The notes beneath the pieces were generated by a model. It was not told the origin of the DNA. It did not search any database and worked only from the letters and a program-made list of their open reading frames with translations. This document shows positions 51,800 through 60,957 of a stretch of DNA of 64,000 bases, piece by piece. The DNA is from an uncultured Pseudomonadota bacterium (GTDB lineage Bacteria; Pseudomonadota; Alphaproteobacteria; Rs-D84). The stretch covers positions 578-64,577 of the forward strand of contig CADCGT010000006.1 of the NCBI GenBank assembly GCA_902801125.1, written 5' to 3'. Every line of letters starts with the position of its first letter. The stretch's first letter is position 1. A program made the translations under genes and the position numbers.

Positions 51800-51868
51800 A
51801 TGGGACTCCTTACATTCTTTATGTAAAGTATTTTATCACATTAAAAGGCGAGTTTCAACTTTATTTTA

Positions 51869-53353
51869 TTATATTTTTTTATTTATCAGGTATGCAGTCG
51901 GCAAATACAGTATTCCATACCCCGCAATCGCCAATCCCAATGACACAATCCCAGTTATCGGCACAAACCACAGGCCTATGCCCAACACCCCGGATAACAC
52001 CCCAAACATTACCATCGCACGAATGGTTCGCGCATCAACACGGGTCAAACCACGACGACGACACGCCCGCCCCAAAAGGTAATTTTTAACATAACCACTT
52101 GCCACCACACCGATTGGTATCGCCAAATATCCAAATATCGGGAACAGCGCGACATATATAACCGACGCGACCGCAAGTGATGTAATACTGGTTTTAACCG
52201 GGGTCTTGACATCCTGGGACGCATAGAGTGTTTTACTGAAAATCTGGCTTATCAACATGGCGGGCAAGACGAAAACCTGGATCATAATTGCAATGGCGAC
52301 CGCATGTGTAGATTCGGCCGTCCATGCACCATATTCAAACAAATACCGAATTATTGGTTCCGCCAACACAAACAAACCCGCCACACACGGCATAATAAGC
52401 ATCATAGATTGTCGCATAGACGAATTCTGTTGAATATAAACGCTGCGCATATTTTTGTCCGCCAACGCATTAGAAATCGTTGACATTAACACCGTTCCAA
52501 CCGCAAGGCCAATCATCGCAAAAGGCAATTGCACAATACGGTCTGAATAATACAGCCATGATACCGCACCGCTTTCAAAACTTGCCACCAATGTGCCAAG
52601 TATAATTGTTATCTGGTAAAATCCGTTGCCAATAATACTTACCCCGAAACGTTTAAGCATCGTTTTAATTCCCGGCGTCATGCGTGGCATAATTAAATAC
52701 AAACCAAAATGTTTATGCCGCAAACGCGCCCACAGAACCAAACACTGAATCACGCCAGACGCCACAACCGTTCCCGCCATTATATATAAAACGGTATCCG
52801 ATGCACCGATTTGCATTGACACCAACAACGCACCAATAAGCATTATATTTAACAACACCGGCATAAACGCCGCCAACATAAACCGTGAAAACGCGTTCAA
52901 AACCGCCGATAAAAACGCCGCACTGCATATAAATATTACATAGAAAAACATTATACGCGATATAACAACCGTCAATTCCATCTTGCCCGGGACATCGGCA
53001 AATCCCGGCGCCAAAATCCAGACCACAATCGGCATAAATATTTCAAACACTATGGTTATGCCCAACAACACAACCGCCAACCAAGAAAAAACATTTTTCG
53101 CAAACGATTCGTCGTGTTTGGAATCCGCATACATAGGAATAAATATCGCAGACAACGCGCCTTCGCCAAGCAGGTCACGAAATAAATTTGGCAATTTGAA
53201 TGCCGCCAAAAATATGTCGGAAAGACGCCCCGCGCCCAAAACGCGCGCAATAAGCATATCGCGAATGAATCCGAATACGCGACTTATTCCGGTCATCATG
53301 CCGACCCCGAAAATATGTTTGCCAAGTTTCATAGTTTGGATTATACTCAACAT
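51869..53353 (-). CDS. murJ: lipid II flippase MurJ
   Basis: N-terminal ...TGISRVFGFIRDMLIARVLGAG with about 14 TM helices. The true start may be the internal MKLGKH. Confidence 0.85.
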   Translation of the reverse strand: MLSIIQTMKLGKHIFGVGMMTGISRVFGFIRDMLIARVLGAGRLSDIFLAAFKLPNLFRDLLGEGALSAIFIPMYADSKHDESFAKNVFSWLAVVLLGITIVFEIFMPIVVWILAPGFADVPGKMELTVVISRIMFFYVIFICSAAFLSAVLNAFSRFMLAAFMPVLLNIMLIGALLVSMQIGASDTVLYIMAGTVVASGVIQCLVLWARLRHKHFGLYLIMPRMTPGIKTMLKRFGVSIIGNGFYQITIILGTLVASFESGAVSWLYYSDRIVQLPFAMIGLAVGTVLMSTISNALADKNMRSVYIQQNSSMRQSMMLIMPCVAGLFVLAEPIIRYLFEYGAWTAESTHAVAIAIMIQVFVLPAMLISQIFSKTLYASQDVKTPVKTSITSLAVASVIYVALFPIFGYLAIPIGVVASGYVKNYLLGRACRRRGLTRVDARTIRAMVMFGVLSGVLGIGLWFVPITGIVSLGLAIAGYGILYLPTAYLINKKI

Positions 53354-53385
53354 AACTAAACAAAATCAAGATAGGAATAAACAAA

Positions 53386-54111
53386 ATGAAAAAAATATTT
53401 TTTGCAGCTTTTATTGGATTACTGGTTGCCGGATGCGCCGGTGACGCCCAAAAAATTGTTCCCCAAGAACCACTGGCCGACCTTTATGCGGCGGCGTATT
53501 CCGAATTTGAAGACCACGACTATGACGATGCCGCGGAAAAATTCTTGACCGCCGAAAATCAATATCCGGCGTCCCCGTGGGCCGCGGACGCGTTGGTTAT
53601 GGCGGCATATTCGCAATATCTGGATGATGATTTTGCGGGCGCGTTGCTTACCACCGACCGGTTTATGCGTTTTCACCCCGGTCACAAAGATGTTCCATAT
53701 GTAATGTACCTGCGCGGAATGTGCTATTATCGCCAGGTTAGCGATGTTCGCCGTGAACCCGGAATGTCGGTATATGCCCTGCAACAATTCCAACAATTGG
53801 TTGACCGATTCCCGCGGTCGCCATACGCCGAAAATGCGAAAAATAAAATCCACATCTTGAAAAATTATATCGCGGGCAAAGTTATGTATTCTGCACGCAC
53901 AGATATGAAGAAAGAAAACTGGGCATCGGCGATTACCAAATTTCAATCCGTTATTACCGACGCACCGGAAACCGTTATGCCGGCCGAAGCAATGTACCGA
54001 TTGACCGAAGCGTATACTGCAATCGGCCTTAAACCCCAGGCGGACGGATATGCAGAAATGTTAAAACTGAATTTCCCGGACAGTAATTGGGCCAAGAAAT
54101 TGGAAAAATAA
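53386..54111 (+). CDS. bamD: outer membrane protein assembly factor BamD (TPR lipoprotein)
   Basis: VAGCAG lipobox. TPR repeats. Adjacent to cell-envelope genes. Confidence 0.7.
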   Translation: MKKIFFAAFIGLLVAGCAGDAQKIVPQEPLADLYAAAYSEFEDHDYDDAAEKFLTAENQYPASPWAADALVMAAYSQYLDDDFAGALLTTDRFMRFHPGHKDVPYVMYLRGMCYYRQVSDVRREPGMSVYALQQFQQLVDRFPRSPYAENAKNKIHILKNYIAGKVMYSARTDMKKENWASAITKFQSVITDAPETVMPAEAMYRLTEAYTAIGLKPQADGYAEMLKLNFPDSNWAKKLEK

Positions 54112-54115
54112 AAAT

Positions 54116-54505
54116 ATGCGACGCCTTACCGACCAAGATATTGCCGATATGATTGGTGCACCATTTGCGCCCGACGATAATGCAACGCGTCGGCGGGTTC
54201 GCGGTGAATTAAAATTATCGCAACGCATTCCAAAACCCGTGCATATTCCATCGCACGCGACACTTGATTTGCACATGCACACCATTGAACAGGCATGGGG
54301 TGAAATTATGGAATTGGCAACATCGGGCGCGCACGACGCCACCATTATCACGGGCGCAAGTGGAATACTTAAAATCAAATTTCAAGAATGGGCGCGCGAA
54401 AGTATACTGGCGCCACATATTATATCGTGCCACCCATTAAACAACGGCAGTTTTGCCGTCCGTTTCCGAAAAATTACCGACACATGCGGTGACCGGGTTC
54501 AATAA
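54116..54505 (+). CDS. Smr-domain protein
   Basis: LDLHMHTIEQAW...IITGASG matches the Smr LDLHG...G.G pattern. Confidence 0.5.
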   Translation: MRRLTDQDIADMIGAPFAPDDNATRRRVRGELKLSQRIPKPVHIPSHATLDLHMHTIEQAWGEIMELATSGAHDATIITGASGILKIKFQEWARESILAPHIISCHPLNNGSFAVRFRKITDTCGDRVQ

Positions 54506-55334
54506 AATCAATTGGGTCAATATGTTCGCCGCCCCGTAATACGGCGTAATGCAGGTGCGGACCGGTGCTTTGCCCCGTATTTCCGGTGTATCCAATCATG
54601 CACCCCGCCGACACCCGGTCACCACGCGACACCGCCACAGAATTAAAATGACAATACTTGGTGGCGTACCCACCACCGTGTTCGATAATCAAACCATTTC
54701 CACAAGTTTTATTCATATTAAAGACCGTTTTAACCGTGCCGTTTGCCGGCGCATAGACCGGTGTATTTATTACCGCATGAAAATCCATACCATAGTGAAA
54801 TTTGCGTCCAAACAGATTGCGTGGGCCATATTTGGAAGATATGCACGCCATATACCCCAAAGGATTGCCATACGGAATGTCACGATTGGCAAAAGATGAA
54901 TTTCGATTTGCACAATTTGAATCATTCGCCGTGGGCGGATTATACGGTGATGTGTACGGTTGCCCGTGGTCCGGAAATTCCACATACGGCAAATTCGGCG
55001 TTGTGACCGGTGGCGGTGTAAGTGTGCCATCGGCATTTTCGGTGTATCCGTATTCAGATATCAATTCTTGGCGCGCAATACGGTTGCGCCGTTCGGCCGT
55101 GGCCAGTTCATCTTCCCATTTTGGCATCGCATATGCGCACCCGGAAATACAGTTTCCATTATCGTCATATTCGCTTTCGAATTGTTCGTATCCGTCACTT
55201 TTTAATAAAAGCCTGTCAACAAAAGACAAATCGTCCACCGTGCGCGGAAACGCGGTTGGTTGCAAAAAACCGGCGCGTGCCGCCACCGCACAGAAAATCC
55301 CCACCGAACAAAGTGCCATTACCTTTAATCGCAT
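54474..55334 (-). CDS. M23-family (LytM) peptidoglycan endopeptidase
   Basis: HYGMDF, GxxGxTG-type NTGQSTGPHLHY motifs (HxxxD and HxH). Confidence 0.8.
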   Translation of the reverse strand: MRLKVMALCSVGIFCAVAARAGFLQPTAFPRTVDDLSFVDRLLLKSDGYEQFESEYDDNGNCISGCAYAMPKWEDELATAERRNRIARQELISEYGYTENADGTLTPPPVTTPNLPYVEFPDHGQPYTSPYNPPTANDSNCANRNSSFANRDIPYGNPLGYMACISSKYGPRNLFGRKFHYGMDFHAVINTPVYAPANGTVKTVFNMNKTCGNGLIIEHGGGYATKYCHFNSVAVSRGDRVSAGCMIGYTGNTGQSTGPHLHYAVLRGGEHIDPIDFIEPGHRMCR

Positions 55335-55409
55335 GTTGTAATTTTACCACATTTTCATATAAAAATAAATCTGTTGATTGAAAGTATTTTTTTTAATACT
55401 ATTTGAAAC

Positions 55410-56342
55410 ATGAAAAAAATCAAAACTGTTTATGACCATATAAAATCAAATAACATCAAGACGGCGATGCTGGTTATACTGTTTCCGGTGATTTTTATCG
55501 CGTTGGTGTTTTTATTCACATGGATTGTGATGCCGATGGGCGACGCGATAAACACCGCGGTTCGCGTGGCGGTGCCAACCTTTGCGGTGTGTATAATATG
55601 GACGTTGATATCGTGGGCGTTTGGTGATTCTATGATGTTGTCTATGGCGGGCGCGAAACAAATAAACGACACCGACCCAGATTACAAATATATCTTTAAA
55701 TCGGTTGAAAATGTTGCGTTGGCGGCCGGGTTGCCGACGCCACGCGTATATGTAATAAACGATTCCGGCCTGAACGCGTTTGCAACGGGGCGCAGTCCAC
55801 GCGATGCAACGGTTGCACTGACCCGCGGAATTATCCAGAAATTGGACCGATTGGAATTAGAGGGCGTAATTGCGCATGAAATGTCACATATTGGGAATCG
55901 CGATATACGGCTTGATATGTTTATTATTACCGGCATTGGCGTCACGGTATTTATTGCGGACGCGTTATTGCGTGGCATGACATATTCCACACCGCGCAAC
56001 GACGACAAGAATAATTCTGCGTCGGTTATGATGATGGTGTGGTTGGCATTCACGGTGTTTAATCTTGTTATAACACCGGTATTGCGCATGGCGATTTCAC
56101 GTCGGCGTGAATACGCGGCGGATGCAACCGGCGCGCGCATCACAAGAAACCCAATCGCATTGGCAAATGCATTGCGAAAAATATCGAGGAATTCGGCGGT
56201 TAAATCTTTGTCGTCGCAAAGCGCGATGGCGTCGGTCTGTATTGCAAACCCGTTGGGACGGCGGGCGTTTTTGGGTGAAATATTGGCGACACACCCACCG
56301 GTTCAAAAACGCATAGAACGATTGGAATCTATGGTGATTTAG
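55410..56342 (+). CDS. htpX: M48-family zinc metalloprotease HtpX-like
   Basis: HEMSHIGNRD (HExxH) flanked by TM helices. Confidence 0.8.
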   Translation: MKKIKTVYDHIKSNNIKTAMLVILFPVIFIALVFLFTWIVMPMGDAINTAVRVAVPTFAVCIIWTLISWAFGDSMMLSMAGAKQINDTDPDYKYIFKSVENVALAAGLPTPRVYVINDSGLNAFATGRSPRDATVALTRGIIQKLDRLELEGVIAHEMSHIGNRDIRLDMFIITGIGVTVFIADALLRGMTYSTPRNDDKNNSASVMMMVWLAFTVFNLVITPVLRMAISRRREYAADATGARITRNPIALANALRKISRNSAVKSLSSQSAMASVCIANPLGRRAFLGEILATHPPVQKRIERLESMVI

Positions 56343-56366
56343 GTTGAACAAGGAAAGGGGAAAGAT

Positions 56367-56933
56367 ATGGCAAACCTGCATTTTCATTATGGCGTGATGA
56401 GCAGTTCAAAATCGGCGGCACTGATTATAAACGCATATAACTATAAGCAAAACGGCATCGCGACCGAGGTTATAAAACCCGCAATGGACACGCGGTTCGG
56501 TGCAACCAAGATAACATCGCGAATTGGTCTGTCGGTGGATGCGTTGGCGTTAAGGGGGCTGGATGAATACACAATAAAACCGGAAACCCGGGTATTATTG
56601 GTGGACGAAGTTCAATTCTTCACGCCCGCAGACATAGACCGATTGGTATATATTGCCGATGCCAAGGGTAAAATTGTTATGTGCTATGGTTTAATGGTGG
56701 ACAGCAACGAACAAATGTTCCCGGCATCAAAACGATTGGTAGAGGTTGGCGCAAAATTACACCTGTTGAAATCTAACTGTCAAATGCCGGGATGTTTGCA
56801 TATGGCGACACACCATTTGCGGTTCGATGCAAACGGCCGCGTGATTCGCGCGGGGGAACAATTTGCATTGGGTGATTCAAATTATAAATCCGTATGCCGG
56901 ATGCATTTTAATCAAATTTACCGCGGCCGGTAA
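56367..56933 (+). CDS. tdk: thymidine kinase
   Basis: P-loop GVMSSSKS, DExQFF and a C-terminal Zn ribbon CxxC...C. Confidence 0.85.
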   Translation: MANLHFHYGVMSSSKSAALIINAYNYKQNGIATEVIKPAMDTRFGATKITSRIGLSVDALALRGLDEYTIKPETRVLLVDEVQFFTPADIDRLVYIADAKGKIVMCYGLMVDSNEQMFPASKRLVEVGAKLHLLKSNCQMPGCLHMATHHLRFDANGRVIRAGEQFALGDSNYKSVCRMHFNQIYRGR

Positions 56934-56979
56934 ATTTTTTCTTGCATTCGGAATATTTTGGTATAGAATAATGTGCGTT

Positions 56980-57056
56980 GCACCCATAGCTCAACTGGAT
57001 AAAGCGTCTGACTACGGATCAGAAGACTGAGGGTTCGAATCCTTCTGGGTGCGCCA
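56980..57056 (+). tRNA. tRNA-Arg (anticodon ACG), CCA encoded
   Basis: GCACCCATAGCTCAACTGGATAAAGCGTCTGACTACGGATCAGAAGACTGAGGGTTCGAATCCTTCTGGGTGCGCCA. Anticodon loop CTACGGA. Confidence 0.85.
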
Positions 57057-57062
57057 GGATAA

Positions 57063-57098
57063 AAATAAAACACGGTTCAACACCGTGTTTTATTTTTA
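57063..57098 (+). terminator. terminator hairpin after tRNA-Arg
   Basis: AAAACACGGTTCAACACCGTGTTTTATTTTT. Confidence 0.7.
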
Positions 57099-57103
57099 TC
57101 GTC

Positions 57104-57327
57104 GCCCCCGGGCATGCGAACCCGACAAGTTGCGAAGCAACGAAGGGTTCGACAATGAGTAAGCGAAAACAAGCAATAGCGCAGTTTGAGTGCCAACGAA
57201 TGCCCCGAAGGCACTTATGCCGAGGGAAAACAAGTAGATTTGATAAACGCAGTGCAATCAAATCGTCACGGTTTGCGCGCAGCCGGCACATATTTATGTG
57301 CCGCGCGAGCGAATCCTTCTGGGGGCA
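57104..57327 (+). other. noncoding segment ending in a 14-nt duplicate of the tRNA-Arg T-arm/acceptor (CGAATCCTTCTGGG); candidate att remnant or small structured RNA
   Basis: GCCCCCG at 57104 can pair with CTGGGGGC at 57319. Internal hairpins CGAACCC.../...GGGTTCG and GTTGCGAAGCAAC. No ORF. Confidence 0.4.
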
Positions 57328-57389
57328 TATTTAACCGCAACTTGCTTTTGTAAATATAATAATGTATAATTATGCATGACGTTAGCCAT

Positions 57390-57552
57390 TGCTACGTCGG
57401 GGCTTAAAGACCCTGAGATTCATAGTGTCCGCGGGGACAAAAAATACCTCCAACTGTTACGGTTGGAGGGCGGTGATATATATAAATAAACCCGCTATCT
57501 TTCTATGAATCATAGTCTTTAACCTCCAACCGCTTATTTATAGCGGTTTTAC
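57390..57552 (+). promoter_or_regulatory. structured leader ending in an intrinsic terminator 22 nt before the next start codon (attenuator or riboswitch candidate)
   Basis: GAGATTCATAG...CTATGAATC long-range pair. CCTCCAACtgttacGGTTGGAGG hairpin. Terminator CCGCTtatttatAGCGG followed by TTTT. Confidence 0.4.
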
Positions 57553-57573
57553 TGTTGAAAAGAGGTTTAAAAA

Positions 57574-58371
57574 ATGGAAAGCAAATATTGTTCTATGTGT
57601 GGTCGTCCGATAGGCATCGCCCGTTTACGCGCGATGCCAGATACAACTATTTGCGCTAAATGCATAACAAAAGACAGGGATGATATTGACGATGAATGGA
57701 TCGATTTTTTAGATGATGTAGAATCAGCTCTGTCTGATATCGATACCAATGTAATTAACAAAGTTCGTGCTGTCTTAAAGCAAAAAATAAAAAAAATTAT
57801 CGAGAACGAAAAAACAGTTAAAAACAAAGAAGAATCGATAACAGAACTTTATAATGACAGACTGATACGTCAACAACACGAACATACTATACAGCAATAT
57901 CAAGCAACCGAACATATTTTAAACAAAAAAATTTCTGAATTTATGCAAAATGAATATAAATTAAAAAATCAAATCAATTCATTAAAAAAATTGATACCAA
58001 ATTTTATTATGGATGGGAAAATTGAATTGTGTGTCAACCAACAACGAAAAAGTCAAACTAGTCCGGATATATGCGGGAATATGACAATAAACCATTTCAA
58101 GTATCTTGAATGTAATATCAATATTGTTTTATGGAAACAAACTGATAGGCAAAATAATTTTTATGTTGGCTATCTAAATAAAGGTGGAATAATTTCACAC
58201 GAGCACAAGATAAAACTTGTGCGAACAAATAATCAAAAAACAAAAGGCAATATTCTATTAGACGGAATACAATATGATGTGTTGGTTGATATACAAAAAA
58301 ACACTGATTCAAATCCAAATAGCGACAAATGTGTTTGTGGCTATATATATTTTTTCAGCATTAATGATTAA
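57574..58371 (+). CDS. hypothetical AT-rich protein with an N-terminal DksA/TraR-type C4 zinc finger
   Basis: CSMCGRPIG...TICAKC, then a Lys/Asn-rich coiled coil. Marked GC drop compared with flanking genes. Confidence 0.5.
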   Translation: MESKYCSMCGRPIGIARLRAMPDTTICAKCITKDRDDIDDEWIDFLDDVESALSDIDTNVINKVRAVLKQKIKKIIENEKTVKNKEESITELYNDRLIRQQHEHTIQQYQATEHILNKKISEFMQNEYKLKNQINSLKKLIPNFIMDGKIELCVNQQRKSQTSPDICGNMTINHFKYLECNINIVLWKQTDRQNNFYVGYLNKGGIISHEHKIKLVRTNNQKTKGNILLDGIQYDVLVDIQKNTDSNPNSDKCVCGYIYFFSIND

Positions 58372-58515
58372 CGCGGAAATATTTTATTTATTGTTTATCA
58401 AGGCAATGTTTGGGTGCGCCACCCTTCGCCAAGGCTATAGAAATTCAAAACGATCTGTTTGCTTTTATTGAATTTTTATGGTATAATACCATGCGTTAAC
58501 ACAAGGGGTAACACA

Positions 58516-58884
58516 ATGAATGCACAAGAAAAAATGGGAAAAGTTATTATCGGAACCGTTCGTGCCGTTATGCGCGGACGCAACTTTGATGTTGATATTC
58601 AACCGGTTGAAACAAATAAACTTGAAACAATTATGGGTAAATCGGACAAAGGCACTTTCAAAATTGTATATGACCACAGTAAAATATATGTGAAGGTGAA
58701 CGATCAAGAAATGACATTTGATAATCAATGGGACGAAAGTTTTATAATACTTAACAGCACAATAAAACATCAATGCTATGGATATCGCAATAATCACTAT
58801 TATCGCGACGATAAAGGCAATTGGATAAAAATGCCGGCCAAAACCGGGCTGTTTGCACGGATTTTTGGCAAACGCGCAAAATAA
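58516..58884 (+). CDS. hypothetical protein (AT-rich)
   Basis: ORF with a terminator downstream. Start at MNAQEK. Confidence 0.4.
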   Translation: MNAQEKMGKVIIGTVRAVMRGRNFDVDIQPVETNKLETIMGKSDKGTFKIVYDHSKIYVKVNDQEMTFDNQWDESFIILNSTIKHQCYGYRNNHYYRDDKGNWIKMPAKTGLFARIFGKRAK

Positions 58885-58887
58885 AAA

Positions 58888-58913
58888 ACCGACCGTTTGG
58901 TCGGTTTTTTTTT
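58888..58913. terminator. bidirectional terminator between the hypothetical gene and secG
   Basis: AAAAAACCGACCGTTTGGTCGGTTTTTTTTT. Confidence 0.85.
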
Positions 58914-58923
58914 CAATGAATTT

Positions 58924-59307
58924 TTATTTGTTTTTATCATCCGTGGCGGGTGCCGGTTCCGACGGGGTCGATTGCACAGGTGTTGCTGGTGCAGATTCCG
59001 GTGCCGGCGTTGATTCATTTGCCAATTCGTCCGCCGCCAATTCTTGACGCAGGCCACTTTGCGCATCACCAATGCCCGATTTTGCCGAAACAATCGCCAA
59101 CGCCGCACATAAAACAAAAAACACTATCGCCAACCATGCTGTTAGTTTGGTCAGAAAATTTCCCGCCGCCGCACCGGTCAACGCACCGCCAAACATCGAC
59201 GCCGCAGACGAACCGGACATGCCGCTGCCTTCGGATTTCTGTAATAATATAATACCAGTCATAAACACCGCGACAATAATCAACAATACCAATAAAATCG
59301 AAAACAT
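58924..59307 (-). CDS. secG: preprotein translocase subunit SecG
   Basis: Two TM helices with the LLQKSEGSGM and G..FGG motifs typical of SecG. Confidence 0.8.
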   Translation of the reverse strand: MFSILLVLLIIVAVFMTGIILLQKSEGSGMSGSSAASMFGGALTGAAAGNFLTKLTAWLAIVFFVLCAALAIVSAKSGIGDAQSGLRQELAADELANESTPAPESAPATPVQSTPSEPAPATDDKNK

Positions 59308-59339
59308 TTTTTAATTCCTTTGATTTATTCTGTTTAATT

Positions 59340-59984
59340 TTAATTATCAATTTGTGAATTTGCAAGTTTTTTGAACAGTGCCGCCGCCGCCGCGATACTT
59401 GCCGCCTTTTTTGATGTCCCGGAACCGGTTGCGGTTTGCCCCATCGCCGTCACATCCGCAGTGAAAATCGGGCTGTGCGCCGGGCCCGTCACATCAAGGA
59501 AAGTATATACCGGCAACGCGCCGTTGTCATGTTTTTGAACATATTCTTGCAGTTTTGTTTTGGAATCTTTGGGGGCTTCGGCCTCGGCCGCGGCAAGTGG
59601 ACGCCATATTTCGGCAATAAACTTACGCGTTTCTTCAAAACCACTGTCGAAATACATCGCACCAAGGACCGCCTCCATCGCGTTCGCAATCAGGTGCCGT
59701 TTACGCCCGCCCGTAAAATGCCCGTGCCGCAACGATTTGTCTAATTCCATGCGAATTGCAACCGCCGCCAATGTGTCCGTCGAAACCAATACCGCAAAAC
59801 GACGCGCCAATTCGCCCTCGGTTTCGGTCGGAAACATCTGGTACAGCAATGTCGCCACCGACAGACCCAAAACGCGGTCACCAACAAATTCAAGTTTTTC
59901 GTTATTGTGCGATGTATTCACCCCACTCTGCGTCATAGCAAGGTCCAACAGTGATTCATCTTTGAATCTGTATTTTAATTTCAT
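59340..59984 (-). CDS. rnc: ribonuclease III
   Basis: RNase III signature NEKLEFVGDRVLGL and a C-terminal dsRBD. Start at MKLKYRF. Confidence 0.85.
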   Translation of the reverse strand: MKLKYRFKDESLLDLAMTQSGVNTSHNNEKLEFVGDRVLGLSVATLLYQMFPTETEGELARRFAVLVSTDTLAAVAIRMELDKSLRHGHFTGGRKRHLIANAMEAVLGAMYFDSGFEETRKFIAEIWRPLAAAEAEAPKDSKTKLQEYVQKHDNGALPVYTFLDVTGPAHSPIFTADVTAMGQTATGSGTSKKAASIAAAAALFKKLANSQIDN

Positions 59985-60004
59985 TGTTGTGTCCTTTTTT
60001 ATCT

Positions 60005-60883
60005 TTAATGTATGCCTTTGCCGAAACGATTCCACCGCATTTTAACATCCCAATTCCAAAATGCAATCATTGGCGACGCATAATTGTGCGAATACCATAC
60101 GAACCATACGCGCCCAAGGACATTATCCACCGGCACAAAGCCGACATCGGCACGGCTGTCATTACTGTTATCGCGATTGTCACCCATAAAGAACAAATGG
60201 TTTTCGGGGACCGTATATTCAATCGTGTTGTCCATATATTCACTGTCCGAAAATTCTATGATACTGTGTTCGACGCCGTTGGGTAAAACCTCGGTATATT
60301 CGGTGGCGGGAAAGACACCACAAACACCGCTGTGCGCGTGGCACAGTGCATCGTCTTTGTATTCAATGGTGTAATTGAAATCCGCCGGCGCACCATCAAC
60401 CAAGATTTTATTGCCACGCACCGCCATATTTTCATAATAATACCCCGTGCGACGCAACGAACGTGGCAAAACCGCAACCACATATGGACGCGGGTCTTTG
60501 CGTTCCAACGTGTGGCCATTGATGACAAGGCGGCCGCCTTTGACCTGAATCCGGTCGCCCGGCATTCCAACAAGGCGTTTTACAAAATCAACCGATTCAT
60601 TTTTCGGATTACGAAACACGATAACATCACCCACATTTGGCATTTTCTTGAATACGCGTCCGTTCCACAGTTTCCACGAACCAAACGGGAAAGAATAACG
60701 CGAATATCCATACGCCCATTTTTGCACAAAAATATGGTCGCCGATATGCAACGACGGTATCATAGACCCCGATGGAATATTAAATGGTTCAAGAAACAAA
60801 CTTCGGAAAACGACAGCTATCAAAATACCGTAAAACAGTGTATCAAACCATTCACGTGCGCGATTTTTGGGTTTATTTAGCAT
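60005..60883 (-). CDS. lepB: signal peptidase I
   Basis: SGSMIPSL (catalytic Ser box), then the K-box and a GDNRDNSNDSR box. Confidence 0.85.
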   Translation of the reverse strand: MLNKPKNRAREWFDTLFYGILIAVVFRSLFLEPFNIPSGSMIPSLHIGDHIFVQKWAYGYSRYSFPFGSWKLWNGRVFKKMPNVGDVIVFRNPKNESVDFVKRLVGMPGDRIQVKGGRLVINGHTLERKDPRPYVVAVLPRSLRRTGYYYENMAVRGNKILVDGAPADFNYTIEYKDDALCHAHSGVCGVFPATEYTEVLPNGVEHSIIEFSDSEYMDNTIEYTVPENHLFFMGDNRDNSNDSRADVGFVPVDNVLGRVWFVWYSHNYASPMIAFWNWDVKMRWNRFGKGIH

Positions 60884-60957
60884 ATTTTTTCCTTTCCTTT
60901 GGTAAAATTTATGTTTCGCATTTTATAACTTGAAATCGATTATGGCAAGTTTATAAT

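Noticed and set aside
57019-57291. 90-aa minus-strand ORF
   Set aside because: It overlaps the tRNA-Arg gene and its terminator, has no RBS, and sits in a structured noncoding region.
57104-57327. Possible tmRNA (ssrA): a tRNA-like acceptor pairing (GCCCCCG with CTGGGGGC), a T-arm-like GAATCC, a GGGTTCGAC motif and a short frame AKTSNSAV-stop
   Set aside because: The acceptor stem has C3:G70, not the G3:U70 required for alanylation. There is no encoded CCA and no convincing T-stem. The element is only about 224 nt, and the 3' part is an exact copy of the adjacent tRNA-Arg 3' region, which an att-site duplication explains better.
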